Positions 48,499-61,343 of a stretch of DNA of 64,000 bases are shown here, piece after piece. The stretch is from Azolla caroliniana (taxonomy: Eukaryota; Plantae; Polypodiophyta), in contig JBHGNT010000018.1 of NCBI GenBank assembly GCA_043228905.1, positions 14,198,001 through 14,262,000 on the forward strand, given 5' to 3'. Position numbers and translations under genes: made by a program. Every line of letters starts with the position of its first letter. The stretch's first letter is position 1. The notes beneath the pieces were generated by a model, which had not been told where the DNA came from, ran no database searches, and saw only the letters and a list, made by a program, of their open reading frames with translations.

Positions 48499-51400
48499 TT
48501 GGACAGCCCTAGATCTGTGCAGCCCATTAGTGGTTCCATTCCCTCTAAGCAAGTTAGTGATGTGTTCGTAGCCCAAGTAGCAGTTAGTACTAAAAGTACC
48601 CCTCCAGTACATACCTTAGCCCTTCTAGATTCCGGAGCTAATTCTTGCTTCATGGATAGGAATTTTGCCCGAGCTCATCAGATATCTCTCAGAAAGCTCC
48701 CATGTCCAGCCTCAGTAGTAGTCATTGATGGTCGTCCCATTGCTTCTGGTAATATCATAGAAGAGTCGGAACCCGTTAATATTGTCCTAGATAACTTAAC
48801 ATGTGTAGTATCATTTAATATTATTAGTATTCCAGAACATCCCATAGTTTTAGGATTACCATGGTTCGAGTTACATAACCCAGACATAGATTGGAGGACA
48901 AGGGAAATCCGGTTGCGACAAACCCAAGGATCTACCCAGAAGGTTGCAACCATTTCGCTACGTCAGTTGCGTGAGGAAGGGCGCAAGGAGGAAATGTTTC
49001 TCTTCGCAATATCAGTACAACCCTCCAGCACCACCAAAGAGGAGTCCACCGTTCAACTTCCCGAGAAGTATCGTCAGTATGCTGATGTGTTCGATAAAGT
49101 ACAAGCCAACACACTTCCTCATCATCGGCCGTACGATTGCGCCATCGACTTACAACCGGGAAAAGAGCCGCCATGGGGGCCGATCTACAATTTGTCACCA
49201 ACCGAGCTAGAAGTCCTTCGAGCCTATATAGAGGAGAATTTGGAGAACGGTTTCATTCGGCATTCGAAATCTCCAGCCGGCGCACCCATTTTCTTCGTCA
49301 AGAAAAAAGATGGCTCGCTTCGACTCGTTGTAGATTACCGTGGCTTGAATAAGGTCACAGTAAGAAATAGGTATGCTCTTCCCCTTATCTCAAGTCTTTT
49401 AGAACGGATCAACGGTGCCAGGTTCTTCACGAAGATCGACTTACGAGGAGCCTATAACCTCGTACGGATCCGACCAGGAGATGAATGGAAGACCGCGTTT
49501 CGCACCAGATATGGGCACTTCGAGTATACGGTCATGCCGTTCGGACTCACTAATGCGCCGGCAGTCTTCCAGCACATGGCGAATGATATATTTCGAGATC
49601 TCTTGGATGATTTTTTGATCATCTATTTGGATGATCTACTGGTTTATTCAAAGACCCAAGAAGAACATGATTCTCATGTACTATTAGTACTAAAACGACT
49701 TCGAGAACATGGTCTGTATGCAAAGTTAGAGAAATGTAGTTTCGGGTGCAACCAAGTGGAATTTCTCGGCTATGTCATCTCCTCAGAAGGCATATCTATG
49801 GACCCAGCCAAGGTCAAAACGGTGATAGAATGGCACACTCCGCATTCGGTGCGGGATGTGCAATGCTTCCTAGGCTTTGCAAATTTTTACCGGAAGTTCA
49901 TACAAAATTACTCAAAAATTGTGCTGCCTCTCACACAGCTCACCAGGAAGGGACAATCATTCATTTGGTCTAAAGAGACGGACATGGCTTTCGAGAGTCT
50001 TAAGAAGGCGTTTACATCAGCTCCAATTTTAGGTCATGTGGATCCGGAAAAACCATTCATTATCGAAGCTGATGCATCGGATTTCGCATTGGGGAGCATT
50101 CTGTCACAACAGGGTAACGACGAGAAGCTACATCCTGTGGCTTTCCACTCCCGTAAGTTTGACGCCGCCGAAATCAACTACGAAATTCATGATAAAGAGC
50201 TATTAGCAATAGTTGATTCTTTTATGCAATGGAGGCATTTCCTGGAGGGATCTCCTCATCAGGTCACTGTATTCAGTGACCACAAGAACCTTGCCTACTT
50301 TCAAGATGCTCGTGTACTGAATCGACGTCAAGCTCGGTGGGCCCACTTCCTCACACGCTTCGACTTCAAAATTACATATCGTCCGGGGAAGCACCAAGGG
50401 AAGGCAGATGCATTATCACGGCGTTCGTATCTAACACCACGTCCCGGTGAGCCAGCTTTCGATAACCAGAAGCAAGTAATCTTGGGTCCAGCACGACTGC
50501 AAGCAGCACAGGTCTTTGACATACCCGTGGATTCCGACATTACCAATACTATACGTGAGGACTTGAAGACTGACGCTTTCGCCCAAGCTATACTAGCACA
50601 AATTGACCCCTCTCGAGCGTCATGTTCACAATCACAATCACCAGGTACGGATTATCGGCAATTCAAATACTGTGATGGATTACTCTTCTTTAAAGAACTT
50701 TTGTATGTTCCTAATGGTTCTTGCCGCCTTCGAGTAGTACAAAATTGCCATGACACATATACAGCAGGACATTTTGGTAGTACTAAAACATTAGATTTAG
50801 TACAACGATCATTCTGGTGGCCCCGTATGCGACAATTTGTCGAAGATTTTGTTCGGACTTGCGATACATGCTGCAGAGCGAAAATGCCAAGACATCATCC
50901 ATATGGTTTATTAGAACCATTACCAATTCCAAGCAAGCCATGGCAATCCATTGCTCTTGACTTCATTACAGATCTTCCAGTCTCTAAGGTATTCAGTGCG
51001 ATTCTCACAGTGGTGGATCGATATACGAAGATGGCTCATTTCTTACCATGTACTAAAGAAATATCTAGTGAAGACACCGCCGAAATTGTCATGCGGGAAG
51101 TATGTCGGCATCATGGACTCCCTGATAATATCATCAGCGATCGTGGACCCCAGTTTGTGTCAAAATTCTGGAAGCACCTTTTTAAAATGCTGAAGGTCAC
51201 TTGTAACCTCTCCTCCGGCTACCACCCACAAACCGACGGTCAAGCCGAACGAACAAATCAAACACTGGAGCAGTATCTGCGGTGCTTTCTCAACTATCAT
51301 CAGAATGACTGGGCAGATATTCTTCAGTTCGCCGAATTTGCCTATAACGCTATCCACGCATCGACTAAAGTCACGCCATTCTACGCTTATACGGGATATC

Positions 51401-52053
51401 ATCCCCGGTGGTGTGTCCTTGAAACCCCAGAAGTGTCCACAAATCCTTGCGCGGAGGATCGTTTGGAGCGGTTACGCAAGATACAAGCGGATTTATCTAC
51501 TCAACTCCAGCAAGCTCAACAATCACACAAGGACTACGCAGATCGTCATCGACTTCCATCCAGTTTTAACATTGGAGATCGGGTGTGGCTGCTACGACGA
51601 CACATCAAGACTACTCGCCCATGTGAGAAGTTGGATTATCGGCGATTAGGTCCTTTCCGTATTATCGGGAAGATTAATGATGTCGCTTTTCGTCTCGAGC
51701 TACCTCCGCAACTTCGGATACATCCGGTGTTTCATAGTTCTCTCCTCGAACCCTATCACGAGAGCACTATCCCAGGACGTACTATACAACCACCACCTCC
51801 TATCGAGCTCGAAGATGGACCTGAGTATGAGGTCGCTGCCATCCTCGATTCCAAGATTGTTCGCAACAAGCTCTACTATCTAGTCGATTGGCTAGGATAT
51901 AGTCCCAGCGAGCGTACTTGGGAACCGATCGAGAATGTGACCAATGCTCGTGTTCTTCTCGAAGACTTCCATCGACGATATCCCGAGAAACCGGGTCCTC
52001 AATCCAAAACGACTCGTGGAACTCGTCGTTTTAAAGGGGGGATAGTGTCATAA
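48499..52053 (+). CDS. pol: Pol (protease, RT, RNase H, integrase, chromodomain), probably expressed by -1 frameshift
   Basis: Intact 1184-aa ORF with LLDSGA, YLDD, DASDF, HPQTDGQAER, GPF and EYEVAAILDS...WLGY...TWEP. No ATG at the ORF start. Confidence 0.95.
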   Translation: MDSPRSVQPISGSIPSKQVSDVFVAQVAVSTKSTPPVHTLALLDSGANSCFMDRNFARAHQISLRKLPCPASVVVIDGRPIASGNIIEESEPVNIVLDNLTCVVSFNIISIPEHPIVLGLPWFELHNPDIDWRTREIRLRQTQGSTQKVATISLRQLREEGRKEEMFLFAISVQPSSTTKEESTVQLPEKYRQYADVFDKVQANTLPHHRPYDCAIDLQPGKEPPWGPIYNLSPTELEVLRAYIEENLENGFIRHSKSPAGAPIFFVKKKDGSLRLVVDYRGLNKVTVRNRYALPLISSLLERINGARFFTKIDLRGAYNLVRIRPGDEWKTAFRTRYGHFEYTVMPFGLTNAPAVFQHMANDIFRDLLDDFLIIYLDDLLVYSKTQEEHDSHVLLVLKRLREHGLYAKLEKCSFGCNQVEFLGYVISSEGISMDPAKVKTVIEWHTPHSVRDVQCFLGFANFYRKFIQNYSKIVLPLTQLTRKGQSFIWSKETDMAFESLKKAFTSAPILGHVDPEKPFIIEADASDFALGSILSQQGNDEKLHPVAFHSRKFDAAEINYEIHDKELLAIVDSFMQWRHFLEGSPHQVTVFSDHKNLAYFQDARVLNRRQARWAHFLTRFDFKITYRPGKHQGKADALSRRSYLTPRPGEPAFDNQKQVILGPARLQAAQVFDIPVDSDITNTIREDLKTDAFAQAILAQIDPSRASCSQSQSPGTDYRQFKYCDGLLFFKELLYVPNGSCRLRVVQNCHDTYTAGHFGSTKTLDLVQRSFWWPRMRQFVEDFVRTCDTCCRAKMPRHHPYGLLEPLPIPSKPWQSIALDFITDLPVSKVFSAILTVVDRYTKMAHFLPCTKEISSEDTAEIVMREVCRHHGLPDNIISDRGPQFVSKFWKHLFKMLKVTCNLSSGYHPQTDGQAERTNQTLEQYLRCFLNYHQNDWADILQFAEFAYNAIHASTKVTPFYAYTGYHPRWCVLETPEVSTNPCAEDRLERLRKIQADLSTQLQQAQQSHKDYADRHRLPSSFNIGDRVWLLRRHIKTTRPCEKLDYRRLGPFRIIGKINDVAFRLELPPQLRIHPVFHSSLLEPYHESTIPGRTIQPPPPIELEDGPEYEVAAILDSKIVRNKLYYLVDWLGYSPSERTWEPIENVTNARVLLEDFHRRYPEKPGPQSKTTRGTRRFKGGIVS

Positions 52054-52331
52054 CTAGACTCGAACCCATAACCTTTTGTTACACGGGTCGAGACTTTACC
52101 ATTAGGTTATGAATTGTAATTTGAAGGATATTATTTTCATTTAGGTTTTATTGGGAAATTGATGTATATTCCAAATTTCTCTGGAACATTCTAGAAACTT
52201 CAGGAGTATTCCTGAAGACACTATAAAAGGAGGCGCAAGGCATTAGTTCGAACCAAATCGGTTCAACGCCAGTCTTAAGCCTTCTAACTACTGTTGTATA
52301 TCTTCCTTCATATAATACATATATCTTTCGC

Positions 52332-52409
<78 letters not shown>

Positions 52410-54427
52410 ACTCATTCCTTCTCTCAAAGTTCGACACCTCTCATAGTACTAATCCTTCTCTGTCTTAGTACTATTCCCCAACAATAGTACTAATCCTTCT
52501 TTTAGTACTAATTCCTTCTCTGCCTTAATAGAGTTCCTAACACATGTAGCTTCAACAATCCAGCGACATTTAGCATGCCATTGCAAGCTTGAAATCCAAA
52601 GAAACTATTATCGCATCCGGAGACACTCCCTCAAGTTGCGAACAAACTTTGATAAGGGCCACAAAAATATGTGTTGTACCATATATTGCTCAACATTCCT
52701 TCTATTTTGATGCAGTTGATAGCATCATATGGCATTCTACATCTCACATAACCCCTGGTAAGGACAATGGATGACTGCTCATTTTGATTAGCCAACTTCT
52801 CTAAAGCCCGCCTCAGCCTTGCTTCCAAGGTTCACAAAAACTGGTTACATCTCTCTAACATGCATACAAAAATCACACAAACTTATGTCACCAAGCTTCA
52901 AATAACAAATCCACGTGAAGTTCAAATAACACTTACACAAAAGTTTAAAACTTCAAATGTCGACAATGTCCAATATCCAAGTAAAAAAACCTAAAATGAA
53001 ATTTGAATACGATACCAGCAATAAGATTATGACTCATGTGGGCTCATGTGGGGATGAAGGCAAAATGCGACCACAATTTTTACAACATGTAACATTGGAG
53101 TCCCTTGAAGTCAACATCAAGCCATTGCAATGCAAACAACGAACCTTCTCATGGTCACATATTGGCAATTGCCTCCTAGCCCGACTTGCACCTCTTTGTA
53201 ATTTTCTGGTGTGGGATTTGGAAGTTCTTGCGATATGTCTATTGTTGATCCTCTTTTGGCACTGATTTGTTGGTTGCAACTTATTGATCCGCCGTCTTCT
53301 TCATTGGTTGATTTCGGTGAACCTACACAATACACCTTCTGAGTCAGGACTCAGATCTTCCAATGTTTGTATACAATCCAAAATAGTTGCACGGCCGAAG
53401 GATCTTAACCCTTGCTTAAGACATTGAATAGATTCCTCGACCCTTCGTATTTTGAACTTCCACACTCCATCTTTGATGTTGTAGGGTTTGTTTCCTCGAT
53501 TCATTCTACCTCTGTCTCCACTTCTATTTCTTTGGTATGGTCCATTCACATTTGGGTTGTGTGATCTATAATAGGCAAAGAGCCACATAGATGTGGCATG
53601 TGCTTCTCAATAATCATTCGTATACCAAGTAAATGCTTACATTTACTCGCAAGGTCTTGGCAATCATAATATGAGCATTGGAGTGAGACATTATAGAGTG
53701 GGAGATTTCATGCTCAAGATTCTAAACCAATATCGGGCCTCGTCCACAATATGCACCGTGGAAGTATCTGTGACATACCTTTACAATATCCTCTCGACTT
53801 CTTTAAGTCGAGACCTTTGATCCCAACTATTTGCACGGGGTGCAAATTGACCACTCTCACATGTTTCTTGTCATTGTTGGTACCATTCTATGATCATTCC
53901 TCTGATGCAAGTGCTAGTTTCATTGTCCCCAATTAAGATGTGAACAAGATCGGTAATTGATTGGTTTATTCTTCCTCTCAAGGCAGTATACTTGATAAAT
54001 AGCTAATGTCTTTCCACAATATTGGTAGTGTCAACATGTCCGTAGTCAAACATTTTACCAAACTTGGGCCAATGTTTCCTCCACACACATGTCAAACCAC
54101 ACCATCCTCCTATATATTGCCAAACATCGATCGTGTCTACATATTCTACTTTTAACTCCTCACACATTGCATTGAATGTGAATTCCATTATGCATTGCAC
54201 GAGTTGGCACATCCGTTAATAAAGATGGATGGTGTTACGAGAAACGAGATCTCAGCCACAACCGAGTTCAAATGCGGAATGGGAATTAGCAAATACAGAG
54301 AGAAAACCAAAATAAATGTGCATAAGATATTAACATGGAAAACCCCTGAATGGGAAAAAAAACCACAGGTGTCCATAGACACCGAACAAATCACTATGAG
54401 AGGAGATATACAATAAGATGAACTCAC

Positions 54428-57400
54428 TATCATGATATGGCAAGATTTGAACCCATAACCTTATGTTACATGGGTCGAGACCTTGCCATTAGACTATATA
54501 TTATAATACAAAGAATATTATTTTCATTTATTATTTCACTATAGAAAATTGATGTATATTTCAAGATTTCTCTGGAACATTCTAGAAACTTCAGTACTCC
54601 TGAAAACACTATAAAAGGAGGCACAAGACATTATTTTGAACTAAATTGGTTCAAGGTCAGTCTTAAGCCTCATAGCTATTCTTGTACTTACTCTTCATAT
54701 AATATAATATATCTTTTGCTATCATCATTCTCTCTCATTCTCTCTCAATCCTTCTCTCGTGAGTTCTACACCCTTTTCTCTCTCTTAGTACTAGATCGCA
54801 TCATTTAGTACTAATTCCCTCTCTGTCTTAGTATTGTTCCCGAGTTTGAACCGATTTTCCCTCATCCTCTTACTCCTCCTTCCTTTCATGCTAATCCTCT
54901 TATCCTCCCTAATAAAATGGCAACTGTTAGCGCTAAGGAATACCAATCTATTTTCTCGGAGCTTCAATGCTTAAAAGAGAAGTTTGTAGCACTAGAACAA
55001 GAAAATCACCGTCTGTTCGGGGATCTTCAACAAATAGCTTTATAAAAACAACAACACGCGGAGCTGACGTTACGTGTACAACAACTTGAAGCGACTATTG
55101 TATCACTACAACAACAAGGATCAAGCGCTCAAGGGACTCACAAAGAACCCAAGATCGAACTTCCTATGAAATTTGATGGGACCCGATCACAATTTAGAGG
55201 TTTTCTTAATCAGATACGCTTAGTGATTCAAATGCATCCTTCTCGATATCCCACCAATGCATCACGAGAGGGACTAGTAGGCACGCTACTTAGTGGCACG
55301 TCTTTGGCATGGTTCGCCCCCCTATTAGAAAAAAACTCTCCCTTGTTAAATAATTTCGATGAGTTTATTAGCGAGTTTAAAGCCTGTTTAGGAGATACCA
55401 ATAGTGTTAGGATGACAATCAACAAAATCCGAAGATTGCACCAAGGTGAGCGGCCGGCCTTGGCTTATGCTGCGGATTTCCGTCTTCTCGCCACTGATAT
55501 TCCCTAGGATGACCAGGCATTAATGGAGCAATTTTGTTTTGGCCTACGTAATGGTGTCAAGGATTTACACTTAACTTTCCCCGAAGAGCCAAAGTCATTG
55601 ACAGAAGCAATCAGTCGCGCGGTGCGATGCGATAACCGCCTTTTCGAACGACGTTCGGAACGTCAGTTCCAGATGCCAAGGACAATATCAGAGCCCACCT
55701 ACGCCTCAGTTGTAGCAAAATCTTTTCCAAGGGAGTCATATAATGTGTCTCCAGCAAATACTCCAACTCCGATGGAAATCAACACTACACGTCGTCGCGG
55801 ACCATTATAGAAAGAGGAAAACCAATGACGCCGAGCAAATCGACTATGTCTCTATTGCGGTGGACCAGGACATATTGTGATGAACTATCCCCATAGGCCA
55901 AGAAGACAAGTAAACCAAATAGTCGCTAGTTCTAATTGTACTAAACCTGAGTCTATTTCAGTAGGAATATTTGATAGTTCTAATAGTATTAATAGCCGAA
56001 GCCTTTCAAAAAAATTTGAAATCCTTAGTCAACTAGAAGAAGAGTTAAATGATTAAGTCCAGCTAAAATAGGAGCCATTTGGTTGGAGAGCCCTAGATCT
56101 GTGTAGGCCATTAGTGGTTCCATTTCCTCTAAGCAAGTTAGCAATGTGTTCTTAGCTCAAGTAATGGTTAGTACTAAAAGTATTCCTCTAGTACATGTCT
56201 TAGCACTCTTAGATTCCAGAGCCAACTCTTGCTTTATGGATAGGAATTTTGCCCAAGCTCATCAGATATCCCTAAGAAAACTTTCTTGCCCAGCATTTGT
56301 AGTAGTTATTGATGGTTGTCCCATGCTTTCGGAAAATCGTAGAAGAGTCGGAGCCGATTCAGGTTGTCCTAGATAACTTGGTGTGTGTGGTATCATTTAA
56401 TATAATTAGTAGTCTAGACCATCCAATTGTCTTGGGGTTACCATGGTTCGAATTACATAACCCAGACATAGATTGGAGAACAAGAGAAATCCAGGGATCT
56501 ACTCATAGGATTGCAACCATTTCGCTACGTCAATTGCGTGAGGATGGACACAAGGAAGCAATGTTTGTCTTCGTAGTATCAGTAAAACCTTCCAACACCA
56601 CTAAAGAGGAATCCACAGTTCAACTTCCAGAGAATTATCGTCATTATGCCGATGTGTTGGATAAGGTACAAGCCAATACGCTTCCTCACCACCGACCGTA
56701 TGATTGCCCTATTGATTTACAATCGGGAAAAGAGCCACCATGGGGCCCAATCTACAACTTGTCACCAACCGAGTTAGAAGTCCTTCGAGCCTACATAGAG
56801 GAGAATTTGGCGAACGGTTTTATTCGACATTCGAAATCTCCAACCGGCGCACCCATTTTCTTTGTCAAGAAAAAGGATGGATCACTTCGTCTCGTCGTAG
56901 ATTACTATGGCTTGAATAAGGTCACCATCAGGAATAGGTATGCACTCCACCTTATGTCAAGTCTTTTAGAACGGATCAATGGTGCAAGGTTCTTCACAAA
57001 GATCTACTTACGAGGAGCATATAACCTCGTACGGATCCGACTAGGAGATGATGGAAGACCGCGTTTCGCACAAGATATGGGCACTTTGAGTATACGGTCA
57101 TGCCATTCGGTCTCACTAATGCACCAATAATCTTCTAACACATGGAAAATGATATATTCCGAGATCTCTTGGATGTTTGTTTGATCATCTATTTGGATGA
57201 TCTATTGGTTTATTCGAAGACCCAAAAAGAGCATGATTCTCATGTACTGTTAGTACTAAAACGGCTTCGAGAACATGGTCTTTATGCAAAACTAGAAAAA
57301 TGTAGTTTCGAGTGCAACCAGGTGGAATTTCTAGGCTATGTCATCTCCTCGGAAGGCATCTCTATGGATTCAATGAAGGTCAAAACTGTGATAGAGTGGC

Positions 57401-58893
57401 AGACTCCACGTTCGTTGAAAGATGTGCAATGCTTTTTAGGCTTTGCCAATTTTTACCGCAAGTTTATATAGGATTACTCAAAGCTTATTCTGCCTCGCAC
57501 ACAACTTACCAAGAAGGGGCAATCGTTTGTTTGTTCTAAAGAAGCGGACATGGCTTTTGAGAGTCTTAAGAAGGCATTCAGATAAACTCCTATTCTAGCT
57601 CATGTTGATCTAGCAAAACCTTTGATCATTGAGGCAGACTACATGCGTCTAGAGACACTAGCTCTTGGTATAGCATTGTGGTGAGTTGGTTACTTGCAAA
57701 CGGCATAGACATTAATAACCTACCTCCCCTTAAGTACAACCATGGGATTGATCAAACTCTAATATCTCATGAAGATCGTAATAATGTGATACGCCAAGAA
57801 ATATGGCAAATTTACACTCAATATAAATGGATCACCCCACGAGAGCCACTCCCATCTAAAATGTTGTACTATAAGGAACACTTCTTGCACTTCTCTAAGT
57901 TAGGTTTTATTACAGGACCAAGATATCTAGATACATTCTTATCAAATGCACTAAGGGTGGCCATTGGACAACTTAGGATATCATCTCACCAAAGTGAGAT
58001 TGAGAATGGTCGGGCTAATAGAGTCCCTAGAGAGGAAAGGCTATGTAGGTTATGCCACAAAGAGATAGAGGATGAGTATCACTTCACATGCAAGTGCCCA
58101 ACTTATGCTGAGATACGGGTGGAATACCAAGAAATATTAGGACCCTCTCCCACCCTCTCCCAACTATTAGATACCCTGGTTGTAAAGAGACTAGGTAGGT
58201 ATATCTTAGAGCTAAAACAACATAGGGAGAATAATTTACAAAGTGTTAACCATAACCCTTTTACTATTCATCAACTTGTAACTAGTGTAATTTTTCAGGA
58301 ACAAGGGGAAATGATGAATGTGGATACACTTACGCCGCTCGGCCTCTCTCGTGAGGAAGCCGAAATGCAAAGAACAACCAAATGCCCTCGGATGTTGGGC
58401 TTCAAAACAAGTCGACACAGAGTAGAAAAGATTAAGAAGATAAGGGAATGTGAGCTACGTCGACTAGAAGCTATGGTTGGGGTACCTTTTACATTGGGAC
58501 CACATGCCACATCCACATCGAAACCCTTTGATCTCCTGCTTCTCTTCGAGAGACTTGGATGGAAATGAAATTAGCCCTAGTATAATATCATTTTCATTGT
58601 AGAACATATTTTTTATATAGAACATGTTTGTTATTTTACTAGAACTATCTAGCTTAAAACTCTATTTTTATCTTATTTTTATTTTTATTTTTTACTTTCG
58701 ATGAATGGGTAAATATCCCATTTTTTGTTGTAAACCATTTGTCTCATGGGCCAATTTTGGCCTTAGAAGACGTTAATATATCTTTCTTTCTTTCTCTCCT
58801 TCTCTCGTGAGTTCTACACCCTTTTCTCTCTCTTAATACTAGATCACATCTTTTAGTACTAATTCCCTCTCTGTCTTAGTACTGTTCTTGACA
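54428..58893 (+). mobile_element. Ty3/Gypsy chromovirus copy 3, degenerate, with its 3' part replaced by a LINE
   Basis: 5' LTR 54428-~54843, 3' LTR remnant ~58797-58893, TSD CTCAC/CTCAT. Gag-pol 54917-57639 carries many stops. Confidence 0.9.
57640..58794 (+). mobile_element. 5'-truncated non-LTR retrotransposon (RTE-X-like ORF2 C-terminus) with (CTTT)n tail
   Basis: ORF 57678-58568 contains LRISSHQSEIENGR...PREERLCRLC...EDEYHFTCKCPTY, a LINE C-terminal CCHC region. It is followed by an AT-rich 3' UTR and a tandem tail. The clade name is inferred from recalled motifs. Confidence 0.8.
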
Positions 58894-59117
58894 CTCATAG
58901 GCACCGACTTGAGTTCGCATGCTTCGCCAATGGGAGGTTACAACAGAGATAAACTTGTTCGTTCATTGTGTCTGTTCAACTATGGAAGCAACAACCTCGC
59001 ACACACCGTACACTGTTACATAGACAACTCTACAACCAGATGAACAAGACAACTCAACTAACTATCATAAAGTTTGCCCTAGTTATCTTTATACTCAGAT
59101 AACTTTGGGGTTATTTA

Positions 59118-59674
59118 TAACAATGGGCCCGGTTTCGGCTTAAACCGAACCAAACCATTAAACCATGGTTTAAAGGTTTATAAGTTCCAAAATAATAAAA
59201 TGGTTTGGTTTGGTTTTAATTAATAATAAACGGTCCGGCTTTAGTTTGATTTGGTTTTGAAACTAGGGTTTATAGGTTTTTGGGCTATCTTTTTTTATCC
59301 ATTAAATGTTTATGTAATTTAATGGTTTAATTAATGTTTTTCATTGGTTTAATTCACTTAACTTAATTTTTTATTTAATCTAATAACTCAATTAATTTTA
59401 TTTATTTATTTAAACATAAATGCTTATTTAATTTTGTGTATTTTTATTTAATTAAAATTTTAATTAGCTTGGCTTAAATGTGGTTAGGTTTAAACTTTTT
59501 ATTAAATGGTTCGGTTTGGTTTTAACTTTTCCCTAAACGGTTTTGGTTTAAATGGTTTAGTTTACCTTTTTTTAAAATGGTTTGGTTTAAATGTTCGAAT
59601 GTTCATAAACGGTTTGGTTTGGTTTCAAGGCACCGAAACCGAACCGAACCGAAACCGAACCGGGCCTATTGCTA
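59118..59674. mobile_element. hAT-type MITE
   Basis: Imperfect TIR TAACAATGGGCCCGGTT / AACCGGGCCTATTGCTA, 8-bp TSD GTTATTTA (59110-59117 / 59675-59682), AACCG/CGGTT subterminal motifs, AT-rich core. Confidence 0.9.
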
Positions 59675-61343
59675 GTTATTTACACAACTGGCCTAGATAG
59701 GCTCGATACAAAACCTATTTACATATTTGCCCTTTTCGGATACTTATCCGAACTCCATCCGGCTCCCGACCAGGTGTGGTAATCTCCTCTATCCGGGGTT
59801 TGGCTCATCCGGAGGGACCTAATTCTCAACAAACTCCCCCTTCACTTTGGATGGGGTTTCACCAGTTCGACCCGACTTTGACATGCTCCTAGCCTTTTTG
59901 CCAACAACGCCTTTGTCAGCACGTTAGATCCATTCTATGATGTGTGGATCTTTGTCATAGCAAACTCCCCTTCTTCTACCCGCTCTCGGAGCCAATGATA
60001 TCTCCTTTGAATATGTTGGGTCCTTGTGTGGTAGGTTGCATTTTTCGCTAGGTGGATGACACTTTGGTTGTTGCATTAGATTCAAAATTCACCTTGTCAA
60101 ATTCCAAGCTCTCTAACAAATTCCTTCATCCATATCATTTCCTTTCCGGCTTCGACAACTACCATGTACTCGGCTTCTGTGGTCGACAATACCACGGCCT
60201 TCTGCAATCTTGACTGCCACGAGACGACTACCCTAGCACAAGTGATCACATACCCGGATGTGGACTGACTGACATCTACATCAACCAACATGTTTGAATC
60301 GGTAAAACCTTTTAACACGAGGTTACCTGAGCCGAATCGGAGACACATGCTCATGGTGCCTCTCAGGTACCGAAGTATCCACTTAACTGTTGTTAAGTGC
60401 TCTCTTCTAGGGTTGCTTATGTATCAAATGACAACTCTGACAAAATATCCAACGTACGGCCTGGTACATACCATAGTGTATATCAGGCTTCCGACTGATG
60501 AGGCATATGGTACCTTCATCATCTCAACTTTCTCTATTTTTGTCTTCGGACATTATGTCAATGACAACTTGCTATTTGTTGGGAGTGTCAAGCCGACCAG
60601 TTTCACACTTTCCATGCCGAATCTTTGGAGCACCTTTGTCACGTATTTTTCCTGTGACAGTTGTAACATCTTCTTTGTCTGATCCCGGACTATGTGCTTT
60701 CCCAAGATTTGTTTTGCCTGATCCATGTCTTTCATTGAGAACAAACTGCTCAAGGTCTTCTTCAGCATTCGAATATTCACCTGGTCCCATCCGACAATCA
60801 ACATGGCGTCCACATATAACAGGAGAATAAGACAATCTCCTCCGTCGAACTTCTTCACAAACACACAATGGTCAGACTGTGTTTTGTGGTACCCTTGATC
60901 AGGCATGAAGGATTTGAACTTCCGGTACCATTGTTGGGGAACATACTTTAGTCCATAAAGGCTCTTCCTCAACTGACACACTAGATTCTCCTTTCCTTTC
61001 TTGGCAAATCCTTCTGGTTGTTGCATGTAAATTTATTCCTCTAGATCCCCATGGAGAAATGTCATCTTGACGTCCATCGTTCGACTTCTAGATCCATGAT
61101 GGCTGCTATGCTCAACACTGTTTGGATGGATGTCACCTTCACTACTAGCGCAAATATTTCATCGAAATCTACACCCTTCTTCTGTTGAAAGCCTTTTACG
61201 ACAATTCGGGCTTTTTATCTGGGTGGATTCTCCCAGCTTCAGCTTGTACACCCACTTGTTTTAGAGTGCTCTCTTCCCTTTTCGCAACTCCGTCAAATCG
61301 TACGTGTGGTTCTCATGCAAAGAATCCATTTCGTCCTGCATGG

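Larger units (their letters stand above)
46770..52542 (+). mobile_element. Ty3/Gypsy chromovirus (Tcn1-like) copy 2, intact ORFs
   Basis: LTRs 46770-47218 and 52046-52542 (about 3 substitutions plus (CT)n length change), TSD CATGT, PPT AAAGGGGGGATAG. Confidence 0.97.
46260..54232 (-). mobile_element. Mutator-like element copy 3 (one end; interrupted by nested elements, other end not in window)
   Basis: TIR GCTCGTGTCTATTTGCTACCAAATATT resembles that at 29016. 53030-54230 is a degenerate copy of the transposase 3' part at 29520-30735 (TTNIVERH, SWIM, CLHC...CKNC). Confidence 0.88.
54233..61343 (-). mobile_element. Copia element (Tork/Tnt1-like) 3' part; its LTR is split by Gypsy copy 3 and a MITE
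   Basis: 3' LTR in pieces 54233-54427, 58899-59117 and 59683-59831; PPT from 59832. Degenerate RT/RNase H ~59850-61343 (QPEGF...KSLYGLK, LLYVD, LSTTEAEY). LTR motif TTAACATGGAAAACCC. Confidence 0.85.

Noticed and set aside
52148-52411. ERERER ORFs (also 46872-47087)
   Set aside because: Translation of the LTR (CT)n microsatellite.
52548-52850. Segment of MULE3 absent from MULE2, with a short ORF (52631-52828)
   Set aside because: No recognisable motif or reliable splice link, so gene capture cannot be supported.
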